NCBI GenBank assembly: GCA_964270895.1
Contig: OZ185439.1
Strand: one strand, 5' to 3'
Origin: Podarcis filfolensis
Lineage: Eukaryota
Length of the DNA: 64,000 nucleotides
Positions within the stretch are counted from its first letter, which is position 1; every line of letters begins with the position of its first letter. The notes beneath the pieces are model-generated. The model searched no databases. It saw only the letters and a list, made by a program, of their open reading frames with translations, and was not told the origin of the DNA. Positions 1 through 12,375 of the stretch are shown one piece after another. Made by a program: the position numbers and the translations under genes.

Positions 1-287
1 TGAGCCTGTCTGTCTCTGCTCCCTTGGCAAAGAACATATCCTATCAAAGGCTGGCCGTTGGTGCATGCTCTAACTTGCCTTTATGCTGTTATTTGGGAAG
101 TAAGGCAGCAAATTAAACGTGGAAGATTTCAAAGGATCTCTTTGCCTGCTTCATGGAATTGGCGTCTCCTCTCTTTTCCTTCACTGTGCTAAGACAATCC
201 TATTCTTAAGCAGGTTCGGTAAAGCAGGAAGAGGCAGGCATCGTGATGCAGCTTTTCTAACAGCTTGTTTTGTTCTTGTTTTGCCAG

Positions 288-375
288 AACGCTTCCCAAG
301 ACATGCATGGAAAAGATTGTCGAAAATGTCCGGAAATTTAACATCCATGCACTGCTGGTTGTTGGAGGATTTGAG
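288..375 (+). CDS. PFKL: PFKL exon 15 ([29 protein letters not shown])
   Basis: ttgccag|A...GAG|gtgtg; 88 bp. Confidence 0.92.
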
Positions 376-3300
376 GTGTGGAGAAGTTCACTGGACACTT
401 TCAGATTTGAATGAGAAATGCCTCTCTCCTTTTCCTAAAAAGCTGGGCCAGGCATGATTGCACTGATGTTGGTACTTCAGTGTGTAGACAGACTGCAAGG
501 CTGGAATTACCCACATTGAGCTCCAGCTCAGTCATAGAAAACATGCCCCTTTAACCCCTTCCACTTCCACCTTCCCCATCCCAATTCCTCCTCCTTTCCA
601 GCTTTCTTCCACTCATCACCTAAATAACCCTCCCATATTCCCCCTCATATTTCCAAATGCCACCTTAACCACTCTCCTGCCAGTTCCACTTGCTGCTTCC
701 CAATTCCTCCTTTCTCTTCCCGGCAGCCACCAAAGAACTAAAACTGTCATATACAGAAACTCTTCTTCCCCACACCAAGGCCTTCCTGTAACCCCCCCCC
801 CCATCATGTACTACAATGAGTTTTCCTTTTTCTCCCCGCACCCCTGCCCATCGTCTTTTCCCTACTCCTGCCTTTCGACCCTTGGGAAGCAGCCAATAAA
901 AACCATGTGATGACGGACTAGGTTAAATATAGTATATAGTGAGATCTATAGAGTTAGTCTCTTTTTGGTCTCTTTTCATAGGATTGCATTTTTTTTTTCA
1001 ACAATTGCAATCCTCTTTAGTAAACATACGCTTTAAATGACTATGTATCAAAAATACCTCTGGACTGATAGATACCCAGTTTCCAAGGGTTCATTTCAAG
1101 GTCATGACTCCTTCCCAGCTCAAGAGAGTTGATCAAAATTTTGATTTAAGATGCTCAGAGGTGTAAAATTTCTTTTTATCTTGTACTTCTTGCAGCCCAG
1201 TGCTTAGGCTTGGGTATGTGGCTTACATTTCTGCCACTCTTGTCTTTTGCAGGCGTATGAGGGAGTACTACAATTGGTGGAAGCTCGTGGGCAGTATGAT
1301 GAGCTTTGCATCATTATGTGTGTGATTCCAGCCACCATCAGCAACAACGTCCCGGGCACTGACTTCAGCCTGGGTTCTGATACAGCTGTCAATGCTGCCA
1401 TGGAGGTAAGATGGGTCTATCCAGCAGCCACAGAATGCCGGGAACTGACCAGGGAGAAGAATCGATGGAACAGGACTGGAAAAAGTTTAAGGACTATTTA
1501 CAAAAATACTGTAAAATCTTTGAGTGTTAATAGGATGTGGGAAGTAAAAGTAACAGGGTTTGTGTGACCTTGGCCAAAGGTGTGTGAAAAGAAGAATTTA
1601 AGAAAAAAGGATAAGGGGTTATGAACAGAACAATATTATGTCATATTTTATAAGATGAGGTACGGATTAAAAAAAAATGGAAAATGGGGACATAATAATT
1701 AGAATATAACATTAAGTATGGTTGAAATAAGGTTTTGAATTTGCTGAATCTGATTGGAGTAAAGTGGAACACAAAAAAGGGGGATGTGAGGAGGTCAAGA
1801 CAGAGGGGCATCGAACTTTACAAATTTAAGAAAGAGTGTTTTTCTTTTTTCTGTTTTTTATTTTTTTTCTTTTATTTTTTTCTTTTTTCTGTCACATATT
1901 GTTGTTTTTCTTGAGCTTTATGTATGGAAATGATACATTTTGAAATGATGAATTCTTTGTTCTCTAAAACTTTAATAAATATGTATTTTAAAAAAAAAAC
2001 AGAATGCCGGGAACTAGGCATGCGGGGAGATGAATTATGTAACCTTTCTTTCATCAATGTATTTCTATTGCGTATATCAGAAATGTTGGCAAGAAAGATA
2101 GAGGAGGCAGGAGGTGGAGTAGGGGAGTAATACAGAGCACGTAAAACTACACCTGCCCCAGAATGGTAGACAGAAACTCAGCTTAACACCTGGGCAACTA
2201 AGCATCCTTTTCCTTCCTCCCCAATCTGTAGAGCTGTGACCGTATCAAGCAGTCCGCCTCGGGCACAAAAAGACGGGTGTTCATTGTGGAGACGATGGGC
2301 GGTTACTGTGGCTACTTGTCTACAGTGACTGGCATTGCAACAGGAGCTGATGCTGCCTACGTCTACGAAGATCCTTTCACCATTCATGACTTAAAGGTGT
2401 GTTGGTGGCAGAATTGCATTTGTCAAATGTGCAAAGGGCAGAGGACTGGGTGATAATTGGGGGTGGATGAGGAGGGAATATGGAAAAGAAGATGAATCCT
2501 GGTTGGGGGAAAAATTCCAAACTTCAAATCAAGGCTTATCAGGAACCTATAAATTGTTACTGATTTGTGTACTTCATGTTGCAGCCCTCCCCTTTCATAA
2601 GAACTTGCATGAAAGTGGCCTCCCAATTTTTCTCACAGGCTCGTATAAGTTCAGCACAAACAGTTGGGCCTGGTGAGCATTTAAGGTCCCCAACCCTAAT
2701 CTGCTGGTTGCCATCTGATTGGATTTTATTCTGATCCTGATCTGATTTCTGGATGTATTTTAATTGATTGGCTGATTTTACGTTAATGTGTTATACATTT
2801 GATGTTAGCCGCTCTGAGCCCGGTTTTGGCCAGGGAGGGCGGTGTATAAATAAAAATTATTATTATTATTATTAAACAATATTTGAAAAAGCAAGACCTA
2901 AATTACATATGTAGTTCTATAAAATGCAGACATCCTGTCTTACATAAGTCATGTTCCATCTGTGAGAAGACTGAAGTGTTCCCAATGAATCCTGTAACTT
3001 ATCTGGATATTGGAAGTGCAGGTGAGATGAACTGGCTGAAAGAAAGAGGAGGTATTAGGACCACGTGTGGTGGCAATGCTCATCGTGACAACTTGTCTGT
3101 CTCCTTTTACAGGGTAAATTAAAAATGAGGCAGAATGAATTACCCCTCTGCCACCTTTTTCCGCTACAGCAAATTTTGGCTCCAAAGCCCAAGGCAGTTA
3201 GGATGGAATTCAAAGTAGCTCTGTTACATCAGACAAGCATTTTGCTTGCTTGAGGCAACAATCTCTCCTCTACTTAGACATGCCTTATACAAGCATTTAT

Positions 3301-6300
3301 GCTAGCAAACTCCTGATCATAGAACAAAAGCAATATATCATCAGATGGTGACCACTTCTCCATTTCTGATTTTTTCCATTCTTGTTCTGGGGGAGCCTTT
3401 TGCCTTTGTCATCTTTGCTGGCAATGAATACACCCAAGCTATAAAATGGTTTACTTGAAGACAGCCTTCTGCAACATAGTGTCTTCCAGATATTTCTGAC
3501 TACAACTCACATCATCCCTGGTCATTGGCCAGGCTGGCTAGGGCTGATGGGAGTTGGTGTCCACCAACAACTGCAGGGCACCAGATTGGGGAAGGCTGAC
3601 TTACATTGATCTCAATGGAACAAATGCAGCAACTGTTGTTCATATAAATGTGTTGCTATCAAGAACAACAGTGACCAAGATTATTTAAGCTGCTAAAACA
3701 TTCTGTTTCCCTCCTGGTTAACCTTTTCTTTTCACTTGTTTGTTGCACTTAATGACAGTTGATTCTAACACAGTCAGGCTTGAGCAAAGCATTTATAGTC
3801 TTGTCTTATCTAATCTCATTCTCTCTGTAGCTCAGAAGTGACATTTCCTTCTTCCTTTTTCTGAAGAGCTGTTTTCTCTTAAATCAGCAAAAATTGTTCC
3901 AATGAAAACGATTGGTCTTTGTGTCTTTCCAGGCAAATGTTGAACATTTAACTGACAAAATGAAAACAGACATTCAGAGAGGCCTAGTACTGCGGTGAGT
4001 TGCGGAAAAGACTCTGAAACGGCCGTGCTTCAGTTCTTGAAGAAGATGGAAATCTTCAGTGTCATCTGGGATTGAAATAACTTTTATCTCTGTAGCTTTT
4101 TTGAATACACAGTTTTATATTGAGTGTGCCAATGCTATGGCAGCAGCTCTTTTAAAAAGGCTGAGACGGTAGCTGAAAAAGCCATAAAGAGATTTGGGGC
4201 TCAAAATGGGTTCATCAGACTGTCTTTTTCAGACTGTCTCCCTCAAGAAAGGAGGGAGCAAGTGATGAGTTCAGCAGAGGGAGTGTACTATGCTGTACAA
4301 TATCTGTGATAGGAGCATCTGTGGCCCTCCAAATGATTCTGGACTCCTATCTCCCAGCAGTCCCAGCCAACATGGTCAGTGCTCAGGGATGATGGGAGCT
4401 TGGTTCACTGCCTCTGAACTATGGGAAGCATCAGCTAATAGTGCAGGATGCCATCACCTGCTCCTGGATCACAGGGTTGGCACTGTTCTCTGTGACTCTG
4501 CTGACCCAATCCCTGGAGTATTGCCAAGACTTGCATCTCTGTAGCATGCGTGAATAGTGACTCAGCACAAATGAAGGAATTGCAGCCTAGAAACCTCTGA
4601 AACACTGAAAAGAGATGGATGGTTTTAGAAATGTGATGAGATTGGGCTTGGCTCTCTGCCGGGATGGAGATCTGATGAATTCTACCGCAGTCCTGCGGAA
4701 AAAGGGCAGAGGAGATTCCTCAAGTGCAAGGCTAGTACAGGGGAGAGAATGGTTTTGCCAGTGCTCAGTAGCTGGCTACACTGTCACTGGTTTAGTTCTG
4801 CTTCCTTTGTCTAAATTTTGTCAGCATTTGCCTGAAACCCAGTTCTCTGTGTAGTCCTGGCAGAGCAAAACTTTAAGAATATTCAATCCCGCACACTTCT
4901 TGGATCATAAAGGACTCTTCTCAAAAGCTCTTATCCCTGGCATTGTTAACTTGTGCAAACAAACTCACTTCATTCATCTTTCCCTTGTTTTGGAATTAAG
5001 ATAAAGTCTGTGTGCAGAATTCAGAACCTCAGAAAATATTTTTAAAAGCTAAAACATATATCCTGAAAAACCCAATAAAAATGCAGCATACAATCAGGAA
5101 CCAGTCACTGAAACAAGATCAAGAATGAGTTAAGAATGAGTGACCCTGGTGTGTTTCATTGGATTTCTACCAAGAAAGCCCCACCCTTTATTCTTGTTGT
5201 GGATTAGGGGATGAAACCTGAAGCAGGGCCCTCCTTATGAAATCAGAGGGCAGAAGGTCTTGTATGGAAAAAGCCAGTGTATAAAAAACACGAGACTCCG
5301 CCACCGAGGGCTTCAGCATTTTAAATCAGTTGGGCCCATGATGCTTTCTATGCTGTATTTTCTGTGAGAGATACAGTCATACTCACTTAGTGCATCAAAG
5401 GGGAGGAGGGGCTGTAGCTCAGCAGGTAAAGCACATACATTTCATGTAAAAGTCCCTGGGTTCGATTCCCACCAGGCCTGGGAAAATGCTCCTTCCTGAA
5501 ACCCTGAAGCTCCACTGCTTGTCAAGTGTCAACAGCACTGAGCTAGATGAACTGAGAGTTTGACTTGGTATTATTAGGCAGCTGCCTGTGTTTTAAAGTG
5601 CCTTCTCCCTTTTGCTGTCTTCTTAGCAACGAGAAGTGCCATGAGCACTATACCACCGAGTTCCTCTACAACTTATACTCCTCTGAAGGGAAAGGAATAT
5701 TTGACTGCAGGATCAACGTCCTAGGCCACCTCCAACAGGCAAGTGGGGCTACATATTAGGTAGCCACAAGGCAGTGTCAGGCTAAGTCACTTCTAATGGG
5801 TTAGAAGATTAGTGGTGGAGAAAAGGCAGGCAGGCAGATATTAACTGGGAGAAACAGCAGAGCTTTTGTTTGAGAGTTTGTAACCGGAATACTTTTTGTC
5901 TTGCATGAAAACACTCATCAGCTACTTCTTCCATTCAGGGCAGTGGGGTACATGCCAAGGTCCTGTTTTCCAGCTTTCAGCTGACTGGGGTTTTTTGTTT
6001 AGTTTTCATTGAACTATCTTCATTTTGCAGAAGAGGCATGCAAAATGGCTGCTCCGTGGGATGGCCCCAGCAGAAGAAAAGCTGGGCCTCCCTTGCAGCA
6101 GGAGTGGCATGACCACCCTTTGTGCTCTGCCTTCATTTCCTTTTCTCTGTCTCTAGGGAGGTGCCCCAACCCCCTTTGACCGCAACTACGGCACCAAGCT
6201 GGGTGTGAAAGCTGTACTGTGGATGTCGGAGAAGTTGAAGGAAGTTTACCGCAAGGGTATGTTCAGAGAGGATCACCTTGGGAACGGAAAATTTTCACCC

Positions 6301-8063
6301 TGGTGTTTTGTAATAGGGAAGATCCTCAGGAAAACTTTGGCAGAATGAGGTGAACTTCTTATGCACCATGCCTCCATCTACCTGTCAACCACTTTTACGG
6401 TTGCTAATCAACCGAGCAGAGGAATTAAGGGAGTCGGGTGAAGACCACTGCTCCTTCAGTAAGGGACAAATGCCAGGAGGCTGCTGTGCACATGTGCCTT
6501 TCCCCTTACCATGAGAGATGGTCCATTCCCTGCCAGGGCCTAGCCAGGACTGTGCATGGTGGCACTCCAGGGAACCATTGTAATTTGAGGTACCTTGCCT
6601 GTACCTAGGAGGAGGATGCCATCCTAAAGTGAGGCCTCCTTGGTTTGCTGTGCTTGTGCTTTGAAGCCACTAAGTTCTCTGTGGGGACTGCTCATGAGAC
6701 CAGCATTTCAGTGTGTGCCCATAGTCATTGAAAACAGTATGCAACTGATTTTCTTGAGTCCTGTTGACTTGCTGGAGTTCCAGGAGCCTCTATAGCTACT
6801 GGCTCTCTGCCGGAGACAACCAGGGTAGCCACATCCAGGCCTTCTCAAGTAATGGCAAGCCATTTGGTTGACGTCAGAATTGCTCAGCACCAGACGTAAA
6901 AGTCCTCTCTGTTTCCACAGGTCGGGTATTTGCCAATTCTGCCGATTCTGCCTGTGTGATAGGCCTGAGGAGGAAGGCTGTGTCATTTAGCCCTGTGACT
7001 GAGCTCAAGAAAGTCACAGATTTTGAGTAAGTAGGCACCTCTTTTGCCATCTGAGTCACGGAATGTGAGATTCTGGGAGCAGGGAGGACACTTCCTGCCA
7101 GTGCTTTTCATGGAAAGGACTGGTGGGCAGAGCGGCTGTGAGGCGTTAACTACAGTCCTCTTAGCTCTGTTTTGTGCTTCCTTTCTAAGGGAAGTGGGAA
7201 GTGCCCAGATATTTTGGGAAATGGTGAGGTACTCTCTGTTTGCTGGCCAGCCTTGTGACTTGTTTGCCAGTGGGGACATTTTCATCCCTCCTGGGAGTCA
7301 AATGTTCAGAATTTAGAATACTGAGCATCAAAGTGAGCTGGGTGAGTTCCTTGCCTGCCTCTCCCTTGATGAATTCTTACTTAAGATATGCTCCACAGCC
7401 ACAGATGGGTGGAGGCTGCCTGTAAACAGGGATATGGGCGGGCCGGTATGTTTCCGATTTGTGCCAGTTTCACATGTGTTCAGCCATATCCCCTCCCATT
7501 TCTGCATTAATCTCTTTGAGTTTTAAAAAACTTCAGGAGAAAATGTTTAGTGTTTAAATATGTATATTTGGATGTCTTTTCCCCACAACATTGGTGAAAG
7601 CTTTTCCCGTCAAAGTACACACTTGTAATTATACCTTATTGTAAAATACGCATTTTGCTACACTTTTTGAGCCTTCTGTGTTGTTAAGTTCAGCACAGAA
7701 GCTGATCTGTACATCCATCTGGGAGGTAAAGATTGGGGTCAATTCCCGTTGCAATTTGCAAAGATTTTAATTCCCCCAACTATGAGAGGGGAATTGACTT
7801 CACAGGTGCACAGAGCTGCTCTGTTTATTGCTAACGACATCACGCATTCCAGGGCTGAGCCCCAGCTCAGATTGAACCCTGGTGCTGAGTTCGCTTTCCC
7901 CCTCCGTTCTTGCAGGCACAGGCTCCCCAAGGAGCAGTGGTGGCTGAACCTGCGCCTTATGCTGAAGATGTTGGCCCACTACCAGATCAGCCTGACTGAA
8001 TATGTGTCTGGGAAGATTGAGCATGTCACCCGTCGCACGCTCAGCATCGAAAAGGGGTTCTAG
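288..8063 (+). CDS. PFKL: 6-phosphofructokinase, liver type; 3' part (human exons 15-22), 5' part lies outside the window. join(288-375,1253-1405,2232-2396,3933-3994,5627-5738,6157-6256,6921-7026,7916-8063)
   Basis: The spliced frame gives the PFK C-terminal regulatory half: [34 protein letters not shown]. It ends with the PFKL-type terminus [12 protein letters not shown]. Splice phases are consistent. CFAP410 and TRPM2 are adjacent, as in human. Confidence 0.96.
1253..1405 (+). CDS. PFKL: PFKL exon 16 ([13 protein letters not shown]...AVNAAME)
   Basis: ttgcag|GCG...GAG|gtaag; 153 bp. Confidence 0.95.
1447..1999 (+). mobile_element. 5'-truncated L1-like LINE (ORF2 C-terminus, 3' UTR, poly-A)
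   Basis: It is flanked by the perfect direct repeat (a)cagaatgccgggaact at 1430-1446 and 1999-2015. It begins with [27 protein letters not shown] and ends with AATAAA plus an A-tail. Confidence 0.8.
2232..2396 (+). CDS. PFKL: PFKL exon 17 ([24 protein letters not shown]...IHDLK)
   Basis: ctgtag|AGC...AAG|gtgtg; 165 bp. Confidence 0.95.
2770..2875 (+). mobile_element. LINE (L2-like) 3' end with (ATT)n tail
   Basis: gttagccgctctgag...gggcggtgtataaataaaaattattatt; related tails occur at about 14640-14748 and 60626-60678. Confidence 0.55.
3462..3598. mobile_element. Old hAT-type MITE (gactacaactc-catcatccc core)
   Basis: Terminal inverted repeat CAGCCTTC...GAAGGCTG and a palindromic core shared with 11624 and 30368; the TSD has decayed. 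Confidence 0.55.
3933..3994 (+). CDS. PFKL: PFKL exon 18 ([21 protein letters not shown])
   Basis: ttccag|GCA...CG|gtgag; 62 bp. Confidence 0.93.
5408..5585 (+). mobile_element. tRNA-derived Squam3/MIR-type SINE
   Basis: A-box/B-box head (gctgtagctcagcaggtaaag...gggttcgattccc), core cctgaaaccctg and tail ctgagctagatg...aggcagc. Other decayed copies occur at about 9250-9375(-), 18900-19040(-), 35885-35968(+), 46420-46510(-) and 61670-61800(-). Confidence 0.7.
5627..5738 (+). CDS. PFKL: PFKL exon 19 ([23 protein letters not shown]...LGHLQQ)
   Basis: cttag|C...CAG|gcaagt (GC donor); 112 bp. Confidence 0.93.
6157..6256 (+). CDS. PFKL: PFKL exon 20 ([16 protein letters not shown]...EVYRK)
   Basis: ctctag|GGA...G|gtatgt; 100 bp. 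Confidence 0.95.
6921..7026 (+). CDS. PFKL: PFKL exon 21 ([16 protein letters not shown]...KVTDF)
   Basis: ccacag|GT...GA|gtaagt; 106 bp. Confidence 0.95.
7916..8063 (+). CDS. PFKL: PFKL exon 22, last coding exon ([13 protein letters not shown]...[10 protein letters not shown])
   Basis: ttgcag|G...TTC TAG; 148 bp. Confidence 0.95.
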
Positions 8064-8957
8064 CTGCAAACTTCTCTTCTGCTCACCCCAGACTAGTTCT
8101 CCATTGTTTTTCCCTGCACACACCCACAACTCCCCCCCCTTCCTCTGGCCTTCTCATGCCTTTTGAGTGCAGTGCTGGTGCCACTGTGAGCCTGTAGGAG
8201 TGTGACTGAGGCCAGCCTGGCTGACATTGCGGAATCACTGCTGTATACTCCTCACTGCCTAAGAGGGTGAGTGTTCTTCTGTCCATGGCTCCCTCTTTGG
8301 AGCCTATTCACTCCAGGCAGCAGAGTCACTCCAGAAAGGGTCCATCCCTGTTTCCCAGGCTGCTCTTTTATTCAGACACTATTTAAAGAATCATGTACTC
8401 AATAATCAGATGGACAATGGGGATTAGTTTTAGATTCTTTCTGGGCCTGGTGCCATGGAGATTGCAGGAGTCCAGAAGGAGGTGTCCCTTAGATGGGAGT
8501 CACAGAGAATATGAGGTGCCTCCCCAACTTGGGGAGTGCTGTAGGACAACTGATGGGTCTGATTTGGGACCAAGAACTTCTGCCCCTATCATGTTAACAT
8601 GCAGCACAAAGATCTTGTCTAGCAGAAGTATGTTGGTGGCATACTGCCAAGTAGCAGTAAGCAGTGGAACAGCTCCTCTCTTCCCCTGCCCCACCTTCCC
8701 TCACTGGGGTGATGCATGCCAACCAGGACATGGCAGCATGTCTGAATGCTGGGCTGGGGTTGCCCAGTGTGTCGTGGATTTGCATGGGAAAACCCTCTTC
8801 TCCACGCTGTCTGACTGGTTTGACTGAGCCATCTTCCTGGCTAGAGCTGCGATGGTGGCACCCGTTTTGCGTACTCTTCCCAATACACTTCTGTGAACTC
8901 AGTGTCCTGTGTTGCCTGTATTTGTCTGTGCCACAGCTTTGTGACTTCTAGAAATAC

Positions 8958-8963
8958 ATTAAA
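8958..8963 (+). terminator. Candidate PFKL polyadenylation signal (ATTAAA)
   Basis: ATTAAA about 900 bp after the stop, followed by a GT/T-rich tract (tgtgtgtgttttcagtttgattctcttt). Confidence 0.5.
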
Positions 8964-9419
8964 AGAAATCAATGAACCAAGCCTGTGTGTGTTTTCAGTT
9001 TGATTCTCTTTCCTGTTTGGGGAAACTGTCTCTGACCTCACAGCATGGGATGGGCTAACAGGAATGATGCGGTCCTGTGCTGGAATACTAGCCTTATGCA
9101 CTCTAAGTTCTCTATCAGGGGAGAAGTTGTAACATGAGGAAGGAGGGACAGGAAAGGTGATGGATCTTCTGCCTCTAGTCTCCTCACAATGAAGACATAA
9201 GAACATGGAAAACTTCCTTATACTAGATCACAGTTTGTCCCTCAAACATTGTCTGCTCTGGCTGGTAACAGCTTTCCAGGGTCTCAGACAGATCCAGTCA
9301 GATGTCAAGAACTGAACCTGGGACCTGCTAAGCCTGTGCCTTGGGCTATGTACTCTTCCACTAAGCCATGGCCCATCCCTGATAAGAATAGCTTATCAGG
9401 AATGTCAGCCTAGAACCGC

Positions 9420-9575
9420 ACACGTGTGGCGCCATGGGTCAGTGTGTCTGGCTGTTAACCAGAAGGTTGGTGGTTTGAGCCCACCCAGGGATGGCTTGTG
9501 GACAGGATTCCTGCATTGCATGGGGTTGGGCTAGATGACCCTGGAAATCCCTCCCAACATTTCAGTTCTGTGTTT
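9420..9575 (+). mobile_element. SINE with tRNA-Asn(GTT)-derived head and CR1-like 3' tail
   Basis: 9420-9493 matches vertebrate tRNA-Asn (tgtggcgc...ggctGTTaacc...ggttggtggttYgagcccacccaggga). It is followed by gattcctgcattgca-ggggttgg-ctagatgaccc. Confidence 0.75.
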
Positions 9576-11623
9576 CTTTGAAATGAGAATCATACCCCTA
9601 GACCAAGAAACCTGTTGTCTTCTTAACCTTTTCCTTACTCCATGCCACTCTTGGAATGCTTTCTTCCACTACTTCCAGAATTAGAAGACATTTAGGATCA
9701 AAGATCAATAGATGGGTTGTGTCTTACATTACACACAGGTAGAATCTTATACCTTTCTCGGTGCCTGGCTCAGGGAATGCATTAGTAGCTGTTTTAACAC
9801 CCACATCTTCAGGAAGAGCATGACAGGTTCTGGACATAAATCCCAGTGAGATTACAATGCAGCGTACTCATAGCACACCATGTTGGGACAATTAATCAGC
9901 CAACTCAGTTGCACTTTCCCTAGAACTTCTGGTGGATGTCAAAAACTACTCAGATGACTAGGCCCTGGACTATGCAAGAGGGAAATTGTTAATCATTCCT
10001 AATTATTTTGTACAGGTTGTTTCTGTGGGGGGGGGAGGGGTCCATAGGACTCAAGGTAGTGTTCTATGCTGGGCCCACATAGGAACAAGAAGTTCATCAA
10101 AAGGAATGTACAATGATAAGCCCAGCACAGCGCAGCACCCAAGGATATACCAGAATTCTCTAAATGAGGTCAGGCAAGTTGGCAGGTGGTGGATAGCCTC
10201 ATCCTTCCAAGTGGGAACAGGCTGATCCTCAGAGTCAGCAGCTCACTGCTCTGGTTTGCAAAACCTGATCTTGTGTCTATGTGAAGTTAACTATTGTGCA
10301 GAGAAAATGATGGGCAGGTTACTATATCTTTGCTCTCACAACCAGGGCCAAAGCATAAAAGCAATTGGTGGAACAATTGCTTCGCATGGAAAAGAGTGAC
10401 AACATGAAACAACTCTGCTGTCGCTTTGGAGACAACTGGATCAGTTCAGGTGTACCTGCTCCTCCCTCTTTCAACACTAGTCTACACTCATGTTAGCATC
10501 TGGTATAAACTTAATATGGACTGCTCACAGGGCTGCTTTGCAGTTGCTTAAAGCTGTCGGGGGGGGGTCCCTAAGGGCAAATATGGCAGCTCCCCCAAGA
10601 GTACAACTGTACCTCAGCCACACACCCTCTCCAGCCCTACTCTCTACCCTCTTTTTGTGTTTTCACATAGCTGGATTGTGGCCTTGAGCTCTGATAGTGC
10701 CTACTGCTTTCCTGATTGGTGGAAGATAGAGGGGTGTCTGTGAGCATGTGTAAAACTTGCCTGCTGTACAAAGATAACATTCACATACATTCTATAAACA
10801 CACTTTATGCTGTACTACATGCTGTAGACAGAAAAAAGGTAAGCCTGGTTTTGTGTTCAGGGAGGGGAGCAAGGATCTTCTCTATGCTTCTCAGTTATTT
10901 GGCAAACACACAGAATGAGACAACACCCCCAAAATTCAGAGAAAGCTATAATGAAATAAACTTTTACCATAACCTATATTTCCTACATTAGTAAAACCTA
11001 CACTGATTGGAACATAGCTCTTGATTTTTAAGGAGCCCTATTCTATTTTCCAGAACACATTAATGGCATTCACAATTGATACACCCTGCACTAAGAACTG
11101 TCCCTGCTGTCCCTTTTGAAAGTGCCTTCAGTTGCTGATACTTCAACACAAACTCGACTGGAGTCTTTGATGTTTTTTCTCTTTTTTATTGCAGACCTAA
11201 AACTGCATTTTTTATCTACAGTTATTAGTACAAACCTCAAAAGAAGAGTCAATTAGAGATTCATGAGTAGGAGCAATTAAAATAAGTGAACAAATACATC
11301 TTTGCCAGTGTGGAGAATTACAAAATAGCATGCAAGTCCCCTTTTATGGCTCATTAGTCTGGTTGTAACCGATTTCAGATTCCTGGCACCCTAGAAGAGG
11401 CTACCCTGGGACACATCGAGGTTCATTTTACAGTCCACTTCTAAAGAAGAATGAGATATTTTTCAGGGTGACAGGAGTTCAGTATAAAACCGTTTTATGC
11501 TGATTATGGTTATACTGGAATACAGATGAGTCAGCCTGCAGGAGCAAATTTTAGTCCATGCAGTCCAAGAGAATGTCTTATCTTGCAGCCCAATCCTAGG
11601 CACGTCTACTAAGAAATCTAGTT

Positions 11624-11762
11624 CAGTGTTTCCCAAACGTGGGTCTCCAGATAGTTTTTGGACTACAACTCCCATCATTCCTAGCTATAGCAGGACCAGT
11701 GGTCAGCGATGATGGGAACTGTAGTCTAAAAACAGCTGGATACCCAGGTTTGGGAAACACTG
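11624..11762. mobile_element. hAT (Charlie-like) MITE
   Basis: TIR CAGTGTTTCCCAAAC...GTTTGGGAAACACTG; 8-bp TSD atctagtt/atctcgtt. Confidence 0.85.
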
Positions 11763-12199
11763 ATCTCGTTCCTTCAGAGTTGTATATTCCTAAGTGCCAA
11801 AGGATTACAGACTTGTAAGTCCATACATGCCAATATTATTTGGCATATAGGAGGTTTGGAGCATGCTGTCACCAGTACACTGATGATACTCAGCTGTTTC
11901 TCTGTTGTACCCAAATCAGGAGGTGCCATGCAAGGTCTGGACCAGCGCCTTAAAGCGGTGATGAAGACCAAGAAGCCATATCCTTACAAGACAAATCTTG
12001 TGGATCCAGGAACTGGGCAATAATGCATGTTCTGGCCAGGGTTGCACTTGTAGAGGTGTTCCTTGATCCATCCTTGTCACTGTAAGTCAAGTAGCTACAG
12101 CGGCTAGAATCATCTTTTACCAGCTTGGGCTGGTACCCCACTTATCATGTCCCTACCTACTTGCCTTTTAAAAAAAAAAAAGATTTTTTTTTTTTTTAA

Positions 12200-12375
12200 A
12201 AAGGTCCCACTTTGGAACCTTTCTCATAGGGGAGTTGCTCTAGTTCCTTGGTCATTTTGGTTGCCCCTTTCTGCATCTTTTCCAGCCTTATAATATTATT
12301 TCTCCAGAACTGGACACCGTATTCCAACTATGGGCCTATAATAGATTTGTTATGATTATGACACGGGCATTATGA
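12200..12375 (-). mobile_element. Decayed CR1 ORF2 fragment
   Basis: The reverse strand resembles the CR1 C-terminal motifs (RP-LEY-VQFW, EKMQKGATKM), with indels. Confidence 0.55.

Noticed and set aside
545-1030. C-rich tract followed by AATAAA and GTGATGA (possible LTR, LINE UTR or C/D snoRNA)
   Set aside because: I found no TSD, no paired LTR and no D box with a terminal stem at a plausible distance. It is probably a repeat fragment but cannot be classified without a database search.
8393-8951. ORFs of 144 aa and 95 aa after the PFKL stop
   Set aside because: They lie in the probable 3' UTR, show no homology and have no splice support.
9420-9493. Functional tRNA-Asn(GTT) gene
   Set aside because: It has multiple CpG-decay substitutions in the stems and T-loop and is followed by the SINE tail.
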